Shown: positions 61,082 through 64,000 of the stretch, one piece after another
Layout of the letters: each line of letters begins with the position of its first letter
How positions within the stretch are numbered: the first letter of the stretch is position 1
Source of the DNA: Candidatus Thioglobus sp.
Lineage (GTDB): Bacteria > Pseudomonadota > Gammaproteobacteria > PS1 > Pseudothioglobaceae
Reading direction: 5' to 3'
DNA length: 64,000 bases
Assembly: GCA_028345955.1 (NCBI GenBank)
Contig: JAOMEO010000001.1
Coordinates: 48,739 to 112,738 of the forward strand
Notes under the pieces: generated by a model
What the model was told of the DNA's origin: nothing
Seen by the model: the letters and a program-made list of their open reading frames with translations, nothing else
The model's database searches: none
Made by a program: the position numbers and the translations under genes

Positions 61082-61809
61082 TCTGTGTCAACCATTCCTG
61101 CACCTGCACCTGATGCGCGAGATTCAGCTGTTGATTTCACTAAACAACGTGAAAAATAGTCATAAATGCCTTGCCAGTGCTCTCCTACCTTGACTCCGGT
61201 TTGAAGTATTTTTTCTTTTTCTTCAATTGTAACAAATTGCCTTAAAACCGCATTGGCGGGGTGTTTTTTTGTTTCAACTAGGGGACGAATAATCATATTA
61301 CCTCCCTTACTTAACTCTATGGGCTGGGTATTTGAACTAACCATTTCCCAAACCCCGGGCTCAATAAAGTTTACTAAATACTCGTAATTATTTTCATCCA
61401 ACCAGATCGCCTGCCAATCACTACATTGATTTGCCCCCATTGCTGCAATAACCAGTAGTGGTGAGTCTACATTTTTAACAATCAATTCAACATCTTGAGA
61501 TTCGATATTAATGCAATCGACCACACTGACAGATGCAATAAGAGAAGATAAATATACATTATTAGGATTAACGAAATGAACCTGCGTATCTGATTTTTCT
61601 AACTCTACAGCCAAATCACTTGCATGACTGTCAAGATTGTTAAGCGCTTCTATACTGCAACTAGAAGGATCAAAACCGTTTTCTGCTATCCACATATTAC
61701 TGTACGCAAAATCCTCAGATATACCAATCGGAGCATTCACCCCAAATCCTGCACGAGTAAAGAAAAACAATACCTCATTAAGTGAAATAGTTAAATGTTC
61801 TGTTGCCAT
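61078..61809 (-). CDS. DUF3726-like conserved hypothetical protein
   Basis: N-terminal ISLNEV...RAGFG, C-terminal STAESRASGAGAG. Confidence 0.7.
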   Translation of the reverse strand: MATEHLTISLNEVLFFFTRAGFGVNAPIGISEDFAYSNMWIAENGFDPSSCSIEALNNLDSHASDLAVELEKSDTQVHFVNPNNVYLSSLIASVSVVDCINIESQDVELIVKNVDSPLLVIAAMGANQCSDWQAIWLDENNYEYLVNFIEPGVWEMVSSNTQPIELSKGGNMIIRPLVETKKHPANAVLRQFVTIEEKEKILQTGVKVGEHWQGIYDYFSRCLVKSTAESRASGAGAGMVDTD

Positions 61810-63516
61810 CTAAATTACCTGATTTGGTATAACTGGAAAGAACCACTTGTCGTGATCAGGATCAGACAACTGGTCTGGCATTGGTGCCCCTTGATACATT
61901 GAGATTCTAGTCCAAAGATCTGACTTGGGATCAAATTTAGAAGCACCAAAAAACGCCAACTTAAAGCGCAACAAATCCAACGGTCTCATAGACTCATCCA
62001 ATAAATTATCCTGAACTTCTGAATAAGGTCTTTGAAGTGTATTTTGAATACGACGGATAATATGTCTGAACTGGGGGAAGGATAGTACAAACTCACCCAC
62101 CAACATTTCATCACTTGTTGACAATAAGGCATGGTTAAGATCATGCACATCTCGACCTATAGCTAAGGGCATTTCTTGTTCCGAACCTTCTTCAACATCA
62201 CGAGAACCAAAACGTGGCTCTAATTTATCTTCCGAGTAATACCAAAAATGATGCTGTGAGTCTGTAAGCGTGAAATCAATTGTCGTTGCCCAAACATAGT
62301 AATCTTTAACGATCCCTTTTAATTGACTTAGTGGCATGTCAGCTACCAACTTTGGAGTAGACACGGAAGACATTGTTTCAGCTAAATCATCCACCAAAGA
62401 CCCGTGTGGCTCGATAATTAAAGACACAACCATTTCTTGGCATTCCAAGGAAAAACGATCTTCAACAAACTGATATATTCCATTCCAAGGGTAGGGTTTC
62501 ATTAAGTTAATTTCATCACTGCACCAATTACTAAGTGATTCAATTTCATCCTTAAGACGATCAATTCTTGTTGTTTGCACCTCATCCTCTACAGACCACT
62601 CCCTAAGATGTTGGCTCACTTGGATCAGTGACTGCGTAAATTTTTCAAGCGTGCCTTTGAGAGGAGTTTCCATGCTTCTGACTCTTGCTAATGCGCTTTC
62701 TTTGGCAATGACCAAGTTATGAATTAAAACAGGATGTTTTAACAAAAAGGGAGCCATGCCCAAACCAGTAGCATTACCAACACCGATAAATTGACGAATA
62801 TGTGGTTCAAACTTAACTGCCTTGTCACCACCTCTTTTTTTCGCCAAATGCTCAGCCAAATCTATCGTGAACCAACGAATTAAATATACGGCTAGAAGTT
62901 CAATTTGAAATGCACCTTTACACTCTTCACGATCAGCAATTTTAGCTCTATCAGCGCATCCAAATTTACCACTACCATAAACTGCTGTAGTGCGCATTAA
63001 GTAACCTACTGAAGAAAGCAACTCAATATCTGGTTGATTGCCTTTCGCTAGTGTAGATATAACGTGCTCGAAAACTCTCAAACTTTTATTAGCCCTCGCT
63101 AAAACAAGTTCACTGGGGCGATATCTACCTCCTTCCTGTTTAGGGGTATTGTTCGCCAAATAATCTATATCTGCTTGAGTTGGAATACCATCAAACAGAT
63201 TAAAAGTAGCATCCCAAACCTCTGCTATGACTCTGTCGGTACGTTTTTTTGGAGGGATATCCTGAGTAAAAGCAATCAATGAGTATGTTCTTAACGGCGT
63301 AGTTACGGCGTAAACACTTACACCAAAACCGTCATTATCAATATCACGTCGAAGACATTCAAATTTCCAATTCTCCCTAGACATGCGTCTAATCAGAGAG
63401 CGCATAAAGCTTAGCCTAGTTTGATGAGAAGAACCCATTCTATCTAAACGCATAACCTGTTCAGGCGGGCGCATAAATTCCACACTAAGATTAGACAAGT
63501 TTGAATCAGACATCAT
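61810..63516 (-). CDS. Conserved hypothetical protein (568 aa)
   Basis: Long ORF abutting its neighbours; motif-like blocks RTDRVIA, RANKS, GYLMRTTAVYGSGKFG, GVGNATGLGMAPF, WYYSEDKLEPR; no family assignable. Confidence 0.85.
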   Translation of the reverse strand: MMSDSNLSNLSVEFMRPPEQVMRLDRMGSSHQTRLSFMRSLIRRMSRENWKFECLRRDIDNDGFGVSVYAVTTPLRTYSLIAFTQDIPPKKRTDRVIAEVWDATFNLFDGIPTQADIDYLANNTPKQEGGRYRPSELVLARANKSLRVFEHVISTLAKGNQPDIELLSSVGYLMRTTAVYGSGKFGCADRAKIADREECKGAFQIELLAVYLIRWFTIDLAEHLAKKRGGDKAVKFEPHIRQFIGVGNATGLGMAPFLLKHPVLIHNLVIAKESALARVRSMETPLKGTLEKFTQSLIQVSQHLREWSVEDEVQTTRIDRLKDEIESLSNWCSDEINLMKPYPWNGIYQFVEDRFSLECQEMVVSLIIEPHGSLVDDLAETMSSVSTPKLVADMPLSQLKGIVKDYYVWATTIDFTLTDSQHHFWYYSEDKLEPRFGSRDVEEGSEQEMPLAIGRDVHDLNHALLSTSDEMLVGEFVLSFPQFRHIIRRIQNTLQRPYSEVQDNLLDESMRPLDLLRFKLAFFGASKFDPKSDLWTRISMYQGAPMPDQLSDPDHDKWFFPVIPNQVI

Positions 63517-63526
63517 AATTAATTAG

Positions 63527-64000
63527 CTAATTAACTATAGGCCCGAAAGATGATTCAAAAAAGTTCAGCCAATTATTTCCCATCACAGCAGCAACTTCAT
63601 CATCAGAAAAGCCAACATCTTTTAGACCCAAGGCAATGTTTGAAAAATCGCGGTTATCTCGAAACCATGAAGGTTGATCAGGAAAGCCGGCAGAGCCAGC
63701 AGAACCTTCACCGAAGTCGCGCTCCTTAGTCCAAGTACCATTTCTCATCCACTCGACAACGCTGTCAGGCTGATTTTGGCACAAATCAGTTCCGATTCCG
63801 ATGTTTTGAACTCCCATAATCTCAGCAGTATCCGCAATCATTGCTGAAAAACTTTCGAGTGTACAGTTTGTGCCATCCTTGAGATGGTGTGGGTATACCG
63901 AAAATCCCAACATACCTCCGCTTTCACCTAATGCCTTGAGGACTTCGTTAGACTTATTTCTAAGTGCTGGATGCCAGAAGGCTGGATTGGCATGTGTAAT
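63527..64000 (-). CDS. Membrane dipeptidase (peptidase M19, amidohydrolase fold), partial
   Basis: Frame open to window end: ITHANPAFWHPALRNKSNEVLKAL...IGIGTDL...VMGNNWLNFF. Confidence 0.88.
   Translation of the reverse strand: MTHANPAFWHPALRNKSNEVLKALGESGGMLGFSVYPHHLKDGTNCTLESFSAMIADTAEIMGVQNIGIGTDLCQNQPDSVVEWMRNGTWTKERDFGEGSAGSAGFPDQPSWFRDNRDFSNIALGLKDVGFSDDEVAAVMGNNWLNFFESSFGPIVN

Overview
AT-rich, very densely packed bacterial chromosome segment. Gene content and style fit a streamlined marine gammaproteobacterium; SUP05/Thioglobaceae-like is my inference, not a database result. Positions 1-38,100 are mostly housekeeping genes in shuffled order (accA, tilS, priA, bioA, prs, rpoD plus tRNA-Ile2, nadC, lpxB, lysA, leuB, cysS, PPi-PFK, adk, lptC/lptA, cfa, dsbB). 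This half also holds a secreted MORN-repeat protein after the tRNA, an OxyR-like/rubrerythrin/Fe-S oxidoreductase/DUF3501/rubredoxin peroxide-defence cluster, and a trpD-to-glutathione-peroxidase chimeric junction. Positions 38,100-64,000 form a ~26 kb catabolic region for N-methylated and amino-acid-like compounds: sarcosine oxidase with an HD-domain protein, fused 5-oxoprolinase/hydantoinase, DUF1989, GMC oxidoreductase, creatinase, gcvR and a frameshifted gcvH. It ends in two unexplained operons. One is class II aldolase, BesD-like Fe/2OG hydroxylase, cysteine-less AMDase/maleate-isomerase homologue, sulfotransferase-like protein and two dehydrogenases; this is the best candidate for an undescribed pathway. 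The other is M19 dipeptidase, a 568-aa orphan and a DUF3726-like protein. I saw no CRISPR array, transposase, integrase or rRNA. All calls come from motif recognition by eye.
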